Assembly (NCBI RefSeq): GCF_963921235.1
Contig: NC_086100.1
Span: forward strand, 202,184,001-202,248,000
DNA: 64,000 nucleotides
Source: Mobula hypostoma
Lineage: Eukaryota
Direction of reading: 5' to 3'
The first letter of the stretch is position 1, and every line of letters begins with the position of its first letter. Under the pieces are notes generated by a model. The model saw nothing but the letters and a program-made list of their open reading frames with translations. It was not told the DNA's origin and did not search any database. This document shows, one piece after another, positions 1 to 11,334 of the stretch. The translations under genes and the position numbers were made by a program.

Positions 1-2080
1 GAAGCTTTGGCACATCGGCCTTCATAAATCAAAATAATGAGTACAGGAGATGGGATATTATGTTGAAGTTATATAAGACATTGGTGGGCCTAATTTGGAG
101 TATTGTGTGCAGTTTTGGTCATCTACCTACAGGAAAGATGTAAACAAGGTTGAAAGAGTACAGAGAAAATTTACAAGAATGTTGCAGGGTCTGGAGGACC
201 TGAGTTATATGGAAAGAGTGAATAGGTTAGAACTTTATTCCTTGGAATATACAAGATCAAAGGGAGATTTGACAGAGGCCTACAAAATTACGAGGGGTAT
301 TGATAGGGTAAATGCAAGCAGGCTTTTTCCTCTGTGGTTGGGTGAGACTACAACTACAGATTATTGGTAAAGGGTGAAAGGTGAAAAGCTTAAGGGGAAC
401 ATGAGGGAGACTTCTTCACTCAGAGAGTCATGACAGACTGGAACGAGCTGCCAGTACAAGTGGTGCAGGTGAGTTCAATTCCAACGATTAAGAGAAGTTT
501 GGACAGGTACGTCTAATATCCCAACGAATGATGTTATGGACAAAATGGGAGGCGAGGACCTCAGTAAAATCACTGTCACTAAAGAGATAGTGATGAGCAA
601 ACTAGAGGGCCTAAATGTAGATAAGTCCCCTGATCCTGATGGGATACATCCCAGGGTGCTGAAGGAATTGGCGGAGGTTATAGTAGACGCGTTGGTAATC
701 ATTTACCAAAATTCTCTAGACTCTGGTCAGGTCCTGGTGGACTGGAAGACAGCAAATGTCACGCCGCTTTTTAAACAAGGATGTAGGCGAAAGACGGGCA
801 ACTATAGGCCAGTTAGCTTAACATCTGTAGTCAGGAAAATGCTTGTAACTGTCATTAAGGAAGCGAAAACATTTAGAAAGGAGTGGTTCCATTAGACAGA
901 CGCAGCATAGATTCAGAAAGGGCAGGTCTCCTGTTTGACAAACTTACTGGAGTTCTTTGAGGACATAATGAGTGCAGTGGATAGAGGGGATCAGGTGGAT
1001 GTCATATACTTGGATTTCCAGAAGGCGTTCGATAAGGTGCCGCACAAGAGACTTATAAATAAGATACGGATGCATGGAGTCGGAGGAAGTGTATTGGCAT
1101 GGATAGTGGATTGGTTAACCAATAGAAGGCAGAGAGTTGGTATAAATGGGTGTTTCTCCGGTTGACAGTCAGTGGTGAGTGGGGTGCCGCAGGGGTCGGT
1201 GCTGGGCCCGCAGCTGTTTACCATTTACATTGGTGATTTGGAAGAGGGGACTGAGTGTAGCATAGCAAAATTTGCTGATGACACAAAACTGAGTGGAAAA
1301 GCAAATTGTGCAGAGGATGTGGAGAGTCTGGAGAGGGATATAGATAGGTTAAGTGAGTGGGCCAAGGTCTGGCAGATGGGACACAACGTTGGTAAATGCG
1401 AGATCAACTTTGGAAGGAATAATAGAAGAGCAAATTATTATTTAAATGGTGAAAGATTGCAGCATGCTGTTGTGCAGAGAGACTTGGGAGTGCTTGTTCA
1501 TGAATCGCAAAAAGTTGGCTTGCAGGTGCAACAGGTTATTAAGAAGGCAAACGGAATGTTGGCCTTCATTGCTAGAGGGATTGAATTCAAGAGCAGGGAG
1601 GTCATGCTGCAACTATACAGGGTACTGGTGAGGCCGCACCTGGAGTACTGTGTGCAGTCTGGTCTCCATACTTGAGGAAGGGTATACTGGCTTTGGAGGC
1701 AGTGCAGAGGAGGTTTACCAGGTTGATTCCAGGGATGAAGGGGTTAACCTATGAGGAGAGATTGAGTCGCCTGGGACTATACTCTCTGGAATTCAGAAGA
1801 ATGAGAGGGGATCTTATAGAAACATACAAAATTTTGAAAGGGATTGATAAGATAGACGTAGGAAAGTTGTTTCCATTGGTAGGTGAGACTAGAACCAGGG
1901 GACATTACCTCAAGATTCAGGGGAGAAGATTTAGGACGGAGATGGGGAGAAACTGGTAGGGGTACGGAGGGCTATAGTTTGGGTGCAGTTTGATAGGGGT
2001 AGGCAGCTTAAATGGCTCGACATGGACTAAATAGGCGGAAGGGCCTGTTACTATGCTGAACTTTTCTTTGACTTTACGAC
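1..2080 (+). mobile_element. Nested CR1 ORF2 fragments (511-1956 inserted into another CR1 3' end)
   Basis: [54 protein letters not shown]. Confidence 0.9.
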
Positions 2081-2329
2081 ACTATACACAGAAAGGTGCC
2101 AGAAAAGGGTCAATAAAATCATGAAGGACCCCACCCACCCTGCTCATGGGCTGTTTGTTCCATTTCCATCAGGGAGGAGGCTGCAAACATCCACACCAGG
2201 ACCACCAGACTCAAAAACAGTTACTTTCCCCAAGCAGTGAGGCTGATCAACACCTCCACCCACTAACCCACCCCTCCACTACTTTATCATCTCCTGTCAC
2301 AGTCACCTATGTACAGACACTGCTGTGTC

Positions 2330-3675
2330 GAGAAACATAGAAAACCCACAGCACAATACAGGCCCTTAGGCCCATAATGCTGTGCTGAACATGTACTTAC
2401 TTTAGAAATTACCTTGGGTTACCCACAGCCCTCTATTTTGCTAAGCTGCATGTACCTATCCAGGAGTCTCTTAAAAAACCCTATCGTATCCGCCTCTACC
2501 ACCATCGCCAAGCAGCCCGTTCCATGCACTCACCACTCTCTGAGTAAAAAACTTACCCCTGACATCTCCTCTGTACCTACTCCCAAGCACCTTAAAACTG
2601 TGCCCTCTCGTGCTGGCCATTTCATCCCTGGGAAAAAGCCTCTGACTATCCACACAATCAATGCCTCTCATCATCTTATACAACTTTCTCAGATCGTCTC
2701 TCATCCTCCATCACTCCAAGGAGAAAAGGCCAAGTTCACTCAACCTATTTTCATAAGGCATGCTCCCCAATCCAGGCAACATCCTTGTAAATCTCCTCTG
2801 CACCCTTTCTATGGTTTCCACATCCTTCCTGTAGTGAGGCAACCAGAACTGAGCACAGTACTCCAAGTGGGGTCTGACCAGGGTCCTATATAGCTGCAAC
2901 ATTACCTCTCGGCTCTTGAACTCAATCCCATAGTTGAAGGAGGCCAATGCATTGTATGCCTTTTTATCAACACTGTCACCCTGCACAGCAGCTTTGAGTG
3001 TCCTATGGACTCAGACCCCAAGATCCCTCTGATCCTCCACACTGCCAAGAGTCTTACCATTAATACTATATTCTGCCATCATATTTGACCTACCAAAATG
3101 AACCACCTCACACTTATCTGGGTTGAACTCCATCTGCAACTTCTCAGCCCAGCTTTGCATCCTATCAATGTCCCGCTGTAAACTCTGACAGCCCTCCACA
3201 CTATCCACAACACCCCCAACCTTTGTGTCATCAGCAAATTTACTAACCCATCCCTCCATTTCCTCATCCAGGCCATTTATAAAAATCACGAAGAGAAGAG
3301 GTCCCAGAACAGATCCCTGAGGCACACCACTGGTTACCGACCTCCATGTAGAATATAACCCGTCTACAACCACTCTTTGTCTTCTGTGGGCAAGCCAGTT
3401 CTGGATCCACAAAGCAAGGTCCCCTTGGATCCCATGCCTCCTTACTTTCTCAATAAGCCTTGCATGGGGTACCTTATCAAATGCCTTGCTCAAAGCGATA
3501 TATACAACATCTACTGCTCTTTCTTCATCAATGTGTTTAGCCACATCCTCAAAAAATTCAATCAGACTCGTAAGGCATGACCTGCCCTTGACAAAGCCAT
3601 GCTGACTATTCCTAATCATATTATGCCTCTCCAAATGTTCATAAATCCTGCCTCTCAGGATCTTCTCCATCAATG
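2330..3675 (-). mobile_element. CR1 ORF2 3' half with ctatgttt-type tail
   Basis: [36 protein letters not shown]. Confidence 0.9.
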
Positions 3676-3841
3676 ACAGTGAGTACAGGAATAGAGTGAG
3701 GTGGAAGATAAATGCGTGGCTGAGGGATTGGAGCAGGGGGCAGGGATTCAGATTTCTGGATCATTGGGACCTCTTTTGGGTCAGGTGTGACCTGTACAAA
3801 AAGGACAGGATGCACTTGAATCCCAGGGGGACCAATATCCT

Positions 3842-4210
3842 GGATAATCAAGGACACGACCCACCCAGCCAACACACTTTTCGTCCCTCTTCCCTCCGGG
3901 AGAAGGCTCAGGAGCTCGAAGACTCGTACGGTCAGATTTGGGAACAGCTTCTTTCCAACTGTGATAAGACTGCTGAACGGACCCTCACCCGGATCTGGGC
4001 TGTACCCTCCAAATATCCGGACCTGCCTCTCGGTTTTTTGCACTACCTTACTTCCCATTTTTCTATTTTCTATTTATGATTTATAATTTAAATTTTTAAT
4101 ATTTACTATCGATTTGTACTCCAGGGAGCAGGAAGTGCGGAATCAAATATCGCTGTGATGATTGTACGTTCTAGTATCAATTGTTTGGCAACAATAAAGT
4201 ATAAAGTATA
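3842..4210 (+). mobile_element. Rex1/Babar-like 3' fragment with 3'UTR
   Basis: PLPSGRRLRS..RFGNSFFPTVIRLLN in an alternative frame, ending aataaagtataaagta. A near-identical 3'UTR copy lies at about 43033-43278. Confidence 0.75.
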
Positions 4211-4814
4211 ATATCTCCTCCTCACTGATGATCAATATCTACATGCTCAAGCTTTTCAGTCCACTGCAAGTCATCCCTACAATCACCAAGATCCTTTTCC
4301 ATAGTGAATACTGAAGCAAAGTATTCAGTAAGTACCTCTGCTATCTCTTCCGGTTCCATACACACTTTCCCACTGTCACACTTCATTGTTCCTATTCTCT
4401 GACATCTTATCCTCTTGCTCTTCAGATACTAGTAGAATGCCTTGGGGTTTTCCTTAATCCTTCTTGCCAAGGCCTTCTCATGGCCCTTTCTGGCTCTCCT
4501 AATTTCTTTCTTAAGCGAGCCTTATAATTTTCTAGATCTCTATCATTACCTAGGTTTTTGAATCATTCGTAAGCTTTTCTTTTCTTCTTGACAAGATTTT
4601 CAACTGCCTTTGCACACCATGATTCCTGTACCCTACCATCCTTTGCCTGTCTCGTTGGAACGTACCTATGCAGAACGCCACGCAAATATCCCCTGTACAT
4701 TTGCCACATTTCTGCCATACATTTCCCTGAGAACATCTGTATATTGCGTTGTACTGCCCCTCCCACCATGGGGAAACTGCCCCTCCCCCACTCTCCGGTT
4801 AGCTGCCCACTCAC

Positions 4815-5324
4815 CTTCTCAGCATCCACAGCCAGCCTCGGCCCGACCACACTGACCGGCTGTAACTGATGCAGACCGGGCTTCAGCAGACGACACCTAG
4901 ACGGAGGTGGCGGGCGAGACGGAGCTGGAGAACCAGACGGAGGTATCAGACGAGACGGAGCTGGAGAACCAGACGGAGGTATCAGACGAGACGGAGCTGG
5001 AGAACCAGATGGAGGTATCAGACGAGACGGAGCTGGAGAACCAGATGCAGGCGGAGGGCGAGACGGAGCTGGAGAACCAGATGGAGGTATCAGACGAGAC
5101 GGAGCTGGAGAACCAGATGCAGGCGGAGGGCGAGACGGAGCTGGAGAACCAGACGGAGGTATCAGACGAAACGGAGCTGGAGAACCAGACAGAGGCGGAG
5201 GGCGAGACGGAGCTGCAGAACCAGACGGAAGTATCAGACGAGACGGAGCTGGAGAATCAGACGGAGGCGGAGGGCGAGACGGAGCTGGAGAACCAGACGG
5301 AGCTGGAAGACGACAAGACGCTGG
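4815..5324 (-). CDS. ADAM33: ADAM33-like cytoplasmic exon (510 nt, 170 aa) containing a Pro/Ser-rich tandem repeat
   Basis: Acceptor tttctgcacacag|CCA, donor AAG|gtgagt, phase 0 to 0, no stops. Reads PASCRLPA-(PSGSPAPSR[PPP/LIP])x11-PSRCRLLKPGLHQLQPVSVVGPRLAVDAEK. QPVSVV resembles the QPVNVV motif I recall from the Xenopus ADAM13 tail. Confidence 0.72.
4905..5300 (-). repeat. 36-bp minisatellite, 11 copies, two alternating unit types (coding)
   Basis: Plus-strand unit gacggagctggagaaccagacggaggtatcagacga and a variant ending ...ggcggagggcga. Confidence 0.95.
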
Positions 5325-5759
5325 CTGTGTGCAGAAACTAAACTTTAGAACACAGGAGTAGGCCATTCGAACCCTCAAATCTGACCCAACATGGATGATC
5401 TGTCCAGGACACAATAATACTGAAGAAATACATATATTCTCTCACACTGCCAGAGTAAAACAGCTGGTAAAATCTCACACAGAACACACTCCAGACATTC
5501 TCTCTCGCTGCCTCGATAAAGCAGTCGGCATACAGGCAGTCGACGCTGCCTTTCTGAGACACCGCTCCTCGACGATGTCCTGGGTACTTTGTAGGCTGGT
5601 ACCTGAGATGCAGCTGACTAGATTTACAACCCTCTGCAGCTTCTTTCGGTCCTGTGCAGTAGCCCCCCCATACCAGACACTGATGCAACCTGTCCGAATG
5701 CTCTCCACGGTACATCTATAGAAGTTTTTTGAGTGTATTTGTTGACATGTGCCTTTAAG

Positions 5760-6600
5760 TACCCCAAAACCACATTTTGACAATTCACCCCCAAGGGTTC
5801 CTTTACTTTAAGCTCTCTAGTCAATTCCAGTTCATTGCACAACACCCAATCCAGAATGGTTTCAACAGCGAGTTGCTCTAAAAATCAATCTTCGGCATTC
5901 TACAAATGCCATCTCTTGGTATCCAACACCAACCTGATTTTTCCAATATACCTGCATATTGAAATTCCCCATGAGTATTGCCCTTTTGACCTGCATTGTC
6001 TCTCTCCTGCTGTACTCTGTAGCCCACATCCTGGCTACTGTTTGGAGGGCTGTATATAACTCCCACCAGGGTCTTCTCATCCTTGCAGTTTCTTAACTCT
6101 ACCCCAGAGGATGCTACATCTTCCAATACTATGTCACCTCTTTCTAAGGATTGATTTCATTTTTTACCAACAGAGCCACATCACACCTTCTGCCTACCCG
6201 CCTGTCCTTTTGATACAATGAGTATCCTCGGATGTTAAAATCACTTCTATAACCTTTCCTCAGCCACGACTCGGTGATGCCCACATCACCTCTGTAAATC
6301 TCTAACTGTGCTACAAGGTCATCTACCTTACTCTGCACACAGCACGAATCCAAATGCAACACCTTCAGTCCCGTGTTCCCCTTTTGCATTGCAACTCACC
6401 CTGTAGACTGCAGTTTTGCCCTGTCATCAACCACTCCTTGCTTACTGTCTCACTACACACTGCCTGTTTGTAAACCGACTACCTTATCCTCAGCACTGTC
6501 ACTCCAGTTCCCATCCCCCCGCCAAATTAGCTTAAACCCTCAAAACAACTCTAGCAAACCTACCCGCAAAGATATTGGTCCCCCTCTGGTTCAGTCATAG
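5760..6600 (-). mobile_element. Decayed CR1 endonuclease region
   Basis: GITESWL, VELRNCK, YSPPNS, MGNFN. Confidence 0.75.
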
Positions 6601-6649
6601 CTTCCCTGGAAGTGGTCCAGAAGTCAAACCCGACAGACCCCTCCCACCC

Positions 6650-8170
6650 CACACAGTCTCTCCCACTTCCGGTAACGCAGTCTCCATAATCTCAGACCCA
6701 CACAGTCTCTCTCACTCTCAGTAATGCAGTCTCCGTAATCTCAGACCCAGACAGTCTCTCTCACTCTCAGTAATGCAGTCTCCGTAATCTCAGACCCAGA
6801 CAGTCTCTCTCACTCTCGGTAACACAGTCTCTGTAATCTCAGAACCCACACAGTCTCTCTCACTCTCAGTAACGCAGTCTCCGTAATCTCAGACCCAGAC
6901 AGTCTCTCTCACTCTCGGTAGCGTAGTCTCCGTAATCTCAGACCTAGACAGTCTTTCTCACTCTCGGTAATGCAGTCTCCGTAATCTCAGACCCAGGCAG
7001 TCTGTCTCACTCTCGGTAACGCAGTCTCCGTAATCTCAGACCCAGACAGTCTCTCTCACTCTCGGTAACGCAGTCTCCGTAATCTCAGACCCAGACAGTC
7101 TCTCTCACTCTCAGTAACGCAGTCTCCGTAATCTCAGACCCACAGTCTCTCTCACTCTCAGTAACACAGTCTCCGTAATCTCAGACCCAGACAGTCTCTC
7201 TCACTCTCGGTAACGCAGTCTCCGTAATCTCAGACCCAGACAGTCTCTCTCACTCTCGGTAATGCAGTCTCCGTAATCTCAGACCCAGTCTCTCTCACTC
7301 TCAGTAACGCAGTCTCCGTAATCTCAGACCCAGACAGTCTCTCTCACTCTCGGTAATGCAGTCTCCGTAATCTCAGACCCAGACAGTCTCTCTCACTCTC
7401 AGTAACGCAGTCTCCGTAATCTCAGACCCAGACAGTCTCTCTCACTCTCGGTAACGCAGTCTCCGTAATCTCAGACCCAGACAGTCTCTCTCACTCTCGG
7501 TAACGCAGTCTCCGTAATCTCAGACCCCACACAGTCTCTCTCACTCTCGGTAATGCAGTCTCCGTAATCTCAGACCCCACACAGTCTCTCTCTTGGTAAC
7601 GCAGTCTCCGTAATCTCACACCCCAGACAGTCTCTCTCACTCTCGGTAACGCAGTCTCCGTAATCTCAGACCCCACACAGTCTCTCTCTTGGTAACGCAG
7701 TCTCCGTAATCTCAGACCCAGACAGTCTCTCTCACTCTCGGTAACGCAGTCTCTGTAATCTCAGACCCAGACAGTCTCTCTCACTCTCGGTAACGCAGTC
7801 TCCATAATCTCAGACCCAGACAGTCTCTCTCACTCTCGGTAACGCAGTCTCCGTAATCTCAGACCCCACACAGTCTCTCTCTTGGTAACGCAGTCTCCGT
7901 AATCTCACACCCCAGACAGTCTCTCTCACTCTCGGTAACGCAGTCTCCGTAATCTCAGACCCCACACAGTCTCTCTCTTGGTAACGCAGTCTCCGTAATC
8001 TCACACCCCAGACAGTCTCTCTCACTCTCGGTAACGCAGTCTCCATAATCTCAGACCCAGACAGTCTCTCTCACTCTCGGTAACGCAGTCTCCGTAATCT
8101 CAGACCCCACACAGTCTCTCTAACTCTCGGTAACGCAGTCTGCATAACCTCAGACCCAGACAGTCTCTCT
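6650..8170. repeat. ~49-bp minisatellite, about 30 copies, with a 46+50-bp higher-order dimer in the distal part
   Basis: Unit cagtctctctcactctcggtaacgcagtctccgtaatctcagacccaga is directly visible. Confidence 0.95.
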
Positions 8171-8602
8171 TCTGTGCTCTCCCAATGGGCGGGAAATGCA
8201 AAAGTCTGAATGCACGTCCCTCCAGGCTCAATCTCAGCTTCTATCTCACTGTTACTGAACTGTTTCCTCATCCCATAAGGACTCTTGACCTCACAATCTA
8301 CTCCGTGATGGAGTGGGGCGATGCCCGGGGAGGAGTGGTCACCTGCAGTTCATTGGTCAGTCAGGGCCGCAGATTCGACCCCTCCCAACCTGCTTCTGTT
8401 GTGGAATCTACCCATGGGGAGGTTTCGGTCAAACCTGCCACGAATGACAACCCTTCATTAACAGCGGCCCCTTCTGGCCAGAGCACGGGGAGGTTTCCTA
8501 CTCCTTCCCCCTACCACCACCCTTGGAAAGTTCTAGACGGTTCGGATAGGGTTGGCAACCCTTGTTCCCTGTCAGAACAGCAGGCTCGCTCTCTGTACTC
8601 AC

Positions 8603-8678
8603 CCTGCTTGGGGCTTTACTTGGCCGCAGCTCCCTCAGTGGAATGGTCGTGTGTTCGGGGGGAGGGGACCCCGCACCC
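8603..8678 (-). CDS. ADAM33: ADAM33-like cytoplasmic exon (76 nt)
   Basis: (R)GAGSPPPEHTTIPLRELRPSKAPSR. Acceptor tctctgtacag|G, donor AGG|gtgagt. Phase 2 to 0 fits the neighbours; lies in a non-repeat island. Confidence 0.75.
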
Positions 8679-8769
8679 CTGTACAGAGATAACAGAGTTA
8701 CTGAGGGTATGGAATAGGAGGCGGTGCCGGGAAAAGGTCAACAGCGACAGAGTCAGGAGTCACTGAGAA

Positions 8770-9830
8770 GCGAGTGCAGAAATTGCAGGGGCCCTCGCAG
8801 AGACATTTAAATCATCCCTAGAGACAGGTGAGGTGTCGGAGGGTCGGAGGATAGCCAATGTTGTTCCATTGTTTAAGAAAGGCACTAAAAGTAAATGAGG
8901 AAATTATAGACTGGTGAGCCTTACGTCAGCTGTGGGAAAGTTATTGGAAGGTATTCTAAGGGTCCGGATGTGTGAGTATTTGGATGGATGTGGACAGATT
9001 GAAGATAGTCAGCATGGCTTCATGCACAGTCGGTCGCGTCCAACCAACCATATAGTTTTTCGAGGAAGTTACCAGGAAAGTGGATGAAGGTAAGGCATTT
9101 AATGCTGTCTACATGGACTTCAGCAAGACATTTGACAAGGTCCCGCGTGTGAGGCTGGTCAGGAAGGTTCAGTCTCTCAGCATTCAGGATGAGGTATTAA
9201 ACTAGATTTGACGCTGGCTTTGTGGGAGAAGCCGGCGAGGCCTTGCAGATGGTTGCCCTCTCTGCCTGTGCCTGATGAAGGGTCTTGGCCCAAAACGTCG
9301 AATGTTTACTCCTTTCCATAGACGTTGCCTGGCCTGCTGAGTTCCTCCAGCATTTTGTCTGCATTGCTATTGAGTACAGGAGTTGGGACGATTGGTGAGG
9401 CCTAATTTGGAGCATTGTGTGCAGTTTTGGTCACCTACCGACAGGAAAGACATACACAAGGGTGACTGAGTGCAGAGAAAATTTACCAGGATGTTGCTGG
9501 GTCTGGGGTACCCGAGTTATAAGGAAAGGTTAAATAAGATAGGACTTCATTCCTCTGTCAAATCTCCCTTCAATCTTCTATTTTACATGGAATAAAGTCC
9601 AAATTTATTCGATCAAGACTGAGGGGAAATTCGATAGAGGTAGACAAAATTATGAGGGGTATTGATAGGGTAAATGCAAGCAGGCTTTTTCCTCTGAGGT
9701 TCGGTGGGACTGCAAGCAGAAGTCATGGGTTAAGGGTGAAAAGTGAAAAGTTTAAGGGAAGCATGAGCAGAAACTTCTTCACAGAGAGCGGTGAGAGTGT
9801 GGAATGAGATGCCAGCACAAGCGGTAGAAA
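8770..9830 (+). mobile_element. Decayed CR1 ORF2
   Basis: Recognisable CR1 RT and 3' sequence with many stops, interrupted by the Penelope fragment. Confidence 0.75.
9270..9365 (+). mobile_element. Penelope-like pLTR fragment with degenerate hammerhead
   Basis: cctgatgaagggtcttggcccaaaacgtcga (GAAA box mutated), followed by gcctggcctgctgagttcctccagcattttg. Confidence 0.7.
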
Positions 9831-9998
9831 GGTAAAATGGGGAGGAGTGGGGACAGGAGGGGAGGGAGGATTGGGAAGGGAAGGGAGGGGATGGGTTGAG
9901 GGAGGAAGGGAGGTGGGAACAGAGAAGAAAGGGGAAGAGGGAATTGGAGGAGGAGGTAGATGGAGGAGGGGGGAGGGGGACGGAGAGGGAAGGGATAC

Positions 9999-10134
9999 CT
10001 GTGTGTGAAAGGTGGGGCGATACCGATCTGGGCACAGAGCCGCTCCTGGTGTTTCCGATAGCAGAGGGCAGCCATCACCAGAGCCGGGACAAGCAGGAAG
10101 GTCAGGAGTAATCCCAGCACCAGTAACCGGTAAC
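9999..10134 (-). CDS. ADAM33: ADAM33-like exon (136 nt), transmembrane helix and juxtamembrane tail
   Basis: (S)YRLLVLGLLLTFLLVPALVMAALCYRKHQERLCAQIGIAPPFTH(R): a hydrophobic helix followed by basic YRK. Acceptor tctctttgccccgcag|GT, donor CAG|gtatcc, phase 1 to 2. Confidence 0.87.
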
Positions 10135-10306
10135 CTGCGGGGCAAAGAGATGATGTCAGTCCTCAGCCCCACCGGACCCCAACACCATCCTCACCCTGAA
10201 AACCTATCTCAGCATCCACATCCCACCCCCGACCACATGCACATTCCCCCCACCCATGCTTCTATCCTTTCGGCCCCAGGGGTGAAAGTGGAGATACACT
10301 CGCTAG

Positions 10307-11330
10307 ATCTGACACAATACAACAGGCAACAGTCAGCGTGGTTTCCTGTATCTGACACAATACAACAGGCCGTGGTCAGCATGGTTTCCTGTATCTGGCA
10401 CAATACAACAGGCCACAGTCAGCGTGGTTTCCGGTATCTGACACAATACAACAGGCCGTGGTCAGCATGGTTTCCTGTATCCGGCACAATACAACAGGCC
10501 ACAGTCAGCGTGGTTTCCTGTATCTGACACAACAGGCCACAGTCAGCGTGGTTTCCTGTATCTGACACAACAGGCCACAGTCAGCGTGGTTTCCTGTATC
10601 TGACACAACAGGCCACAGTCAGCATGGTTTCCTGTATCTGACACAATACAACAGGCCACGGTCAGCATGGATTCCTCTATCTGGCACAATACAACAGGCT
10701 ACAGTCAGCGTGGTTTCCTGTATCTGACACAACAGGCCACAGTCAGCGTGGTTTCCTGTATCTGACACAATACAACAGGCCACGGTCAGCATGGATTCCT
10801 GTATCTGGCACAATACAACAGGCTACAGTCAGCGTGGTTTCCTGTATCTGACACAATATAACAGGTCACTGTCAGCGTGGTTTCCTGTATCTGACACAAT
10901 ACAACAGGCTACAGTCAGCGTGGTTTCCTGTATCTGACACAACAGGCCACAGTCAGCGTGGTTTCCTGTATCTGACACAACAGGCCACAGTCAGCGTGGT
11001 TTCCTGTATCTGACACAACAGGCCACAGTCAGCGTGGTTTCCTGTATCCGACACAATACAACAGGCTACAGTCAGCATGGTTTCCTGTATCTGACGCAAC
11101 AGGCCACAGTCAGTGTGGTTTCCTGTATCTGACACAACAGGCCACAGTCAGCGTGGTTTCCTGTATCTGACACAACAGGCCACAGTCAGCGTGGTTTCCT
11201 GTATCTGACACAACAGGCCACAGTCAGCATGGTTTCCTGGATCTGACAATACAACAGGCCACAGTCAGTGTGGTTTTCCTGTATCTGACACAATACAACA
11301 GGCCATGGTCAGCGTGGTTTCCTGGATCTG
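10307..11330. repeat. 38/43-bp minisatellite, about 25 copies
   Basis: Unit tctgacacaa(tacaa)caggccacagtcagcgtggtttcctgta. Confidence 0.95.
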
Positions 11331-11334
11331 ACAA

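Noticed and set aside
4869..5348. Plus-strand repeat ORFs (acidic ETELENQ repeat and Arg-rich RRSWRT repeat)
   Set aside because: They are by-products of a 36-bp unit with no stops in those frames. Only the minus frame has matching splice sites and phase continuity with the ADAM gene.
8533..8568. Acceptor-like site at 8569 giving GTRVANPIRTV-stop
   Set aside because: The implied intron would be only 34 nt, too short for a vertebrate spliceosomal intron.
8185..8766. 193-aa plus-strand ORF
   Set aside because: No recognisable domain, and it lies antisense over an ADAM exon island.
10024..10134. Alternative donor G|gtatcg for the transmembrane exon
   Set aside because: It is a weaker site and phase-incompatible with the 8603-8678 exon.
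6650..11330. Regular short repeats resembling CRISPR arrays
   Set aside because: Units are head-to-tail with no unique spacers, there are no cas genes, and the context is eukaryotic.
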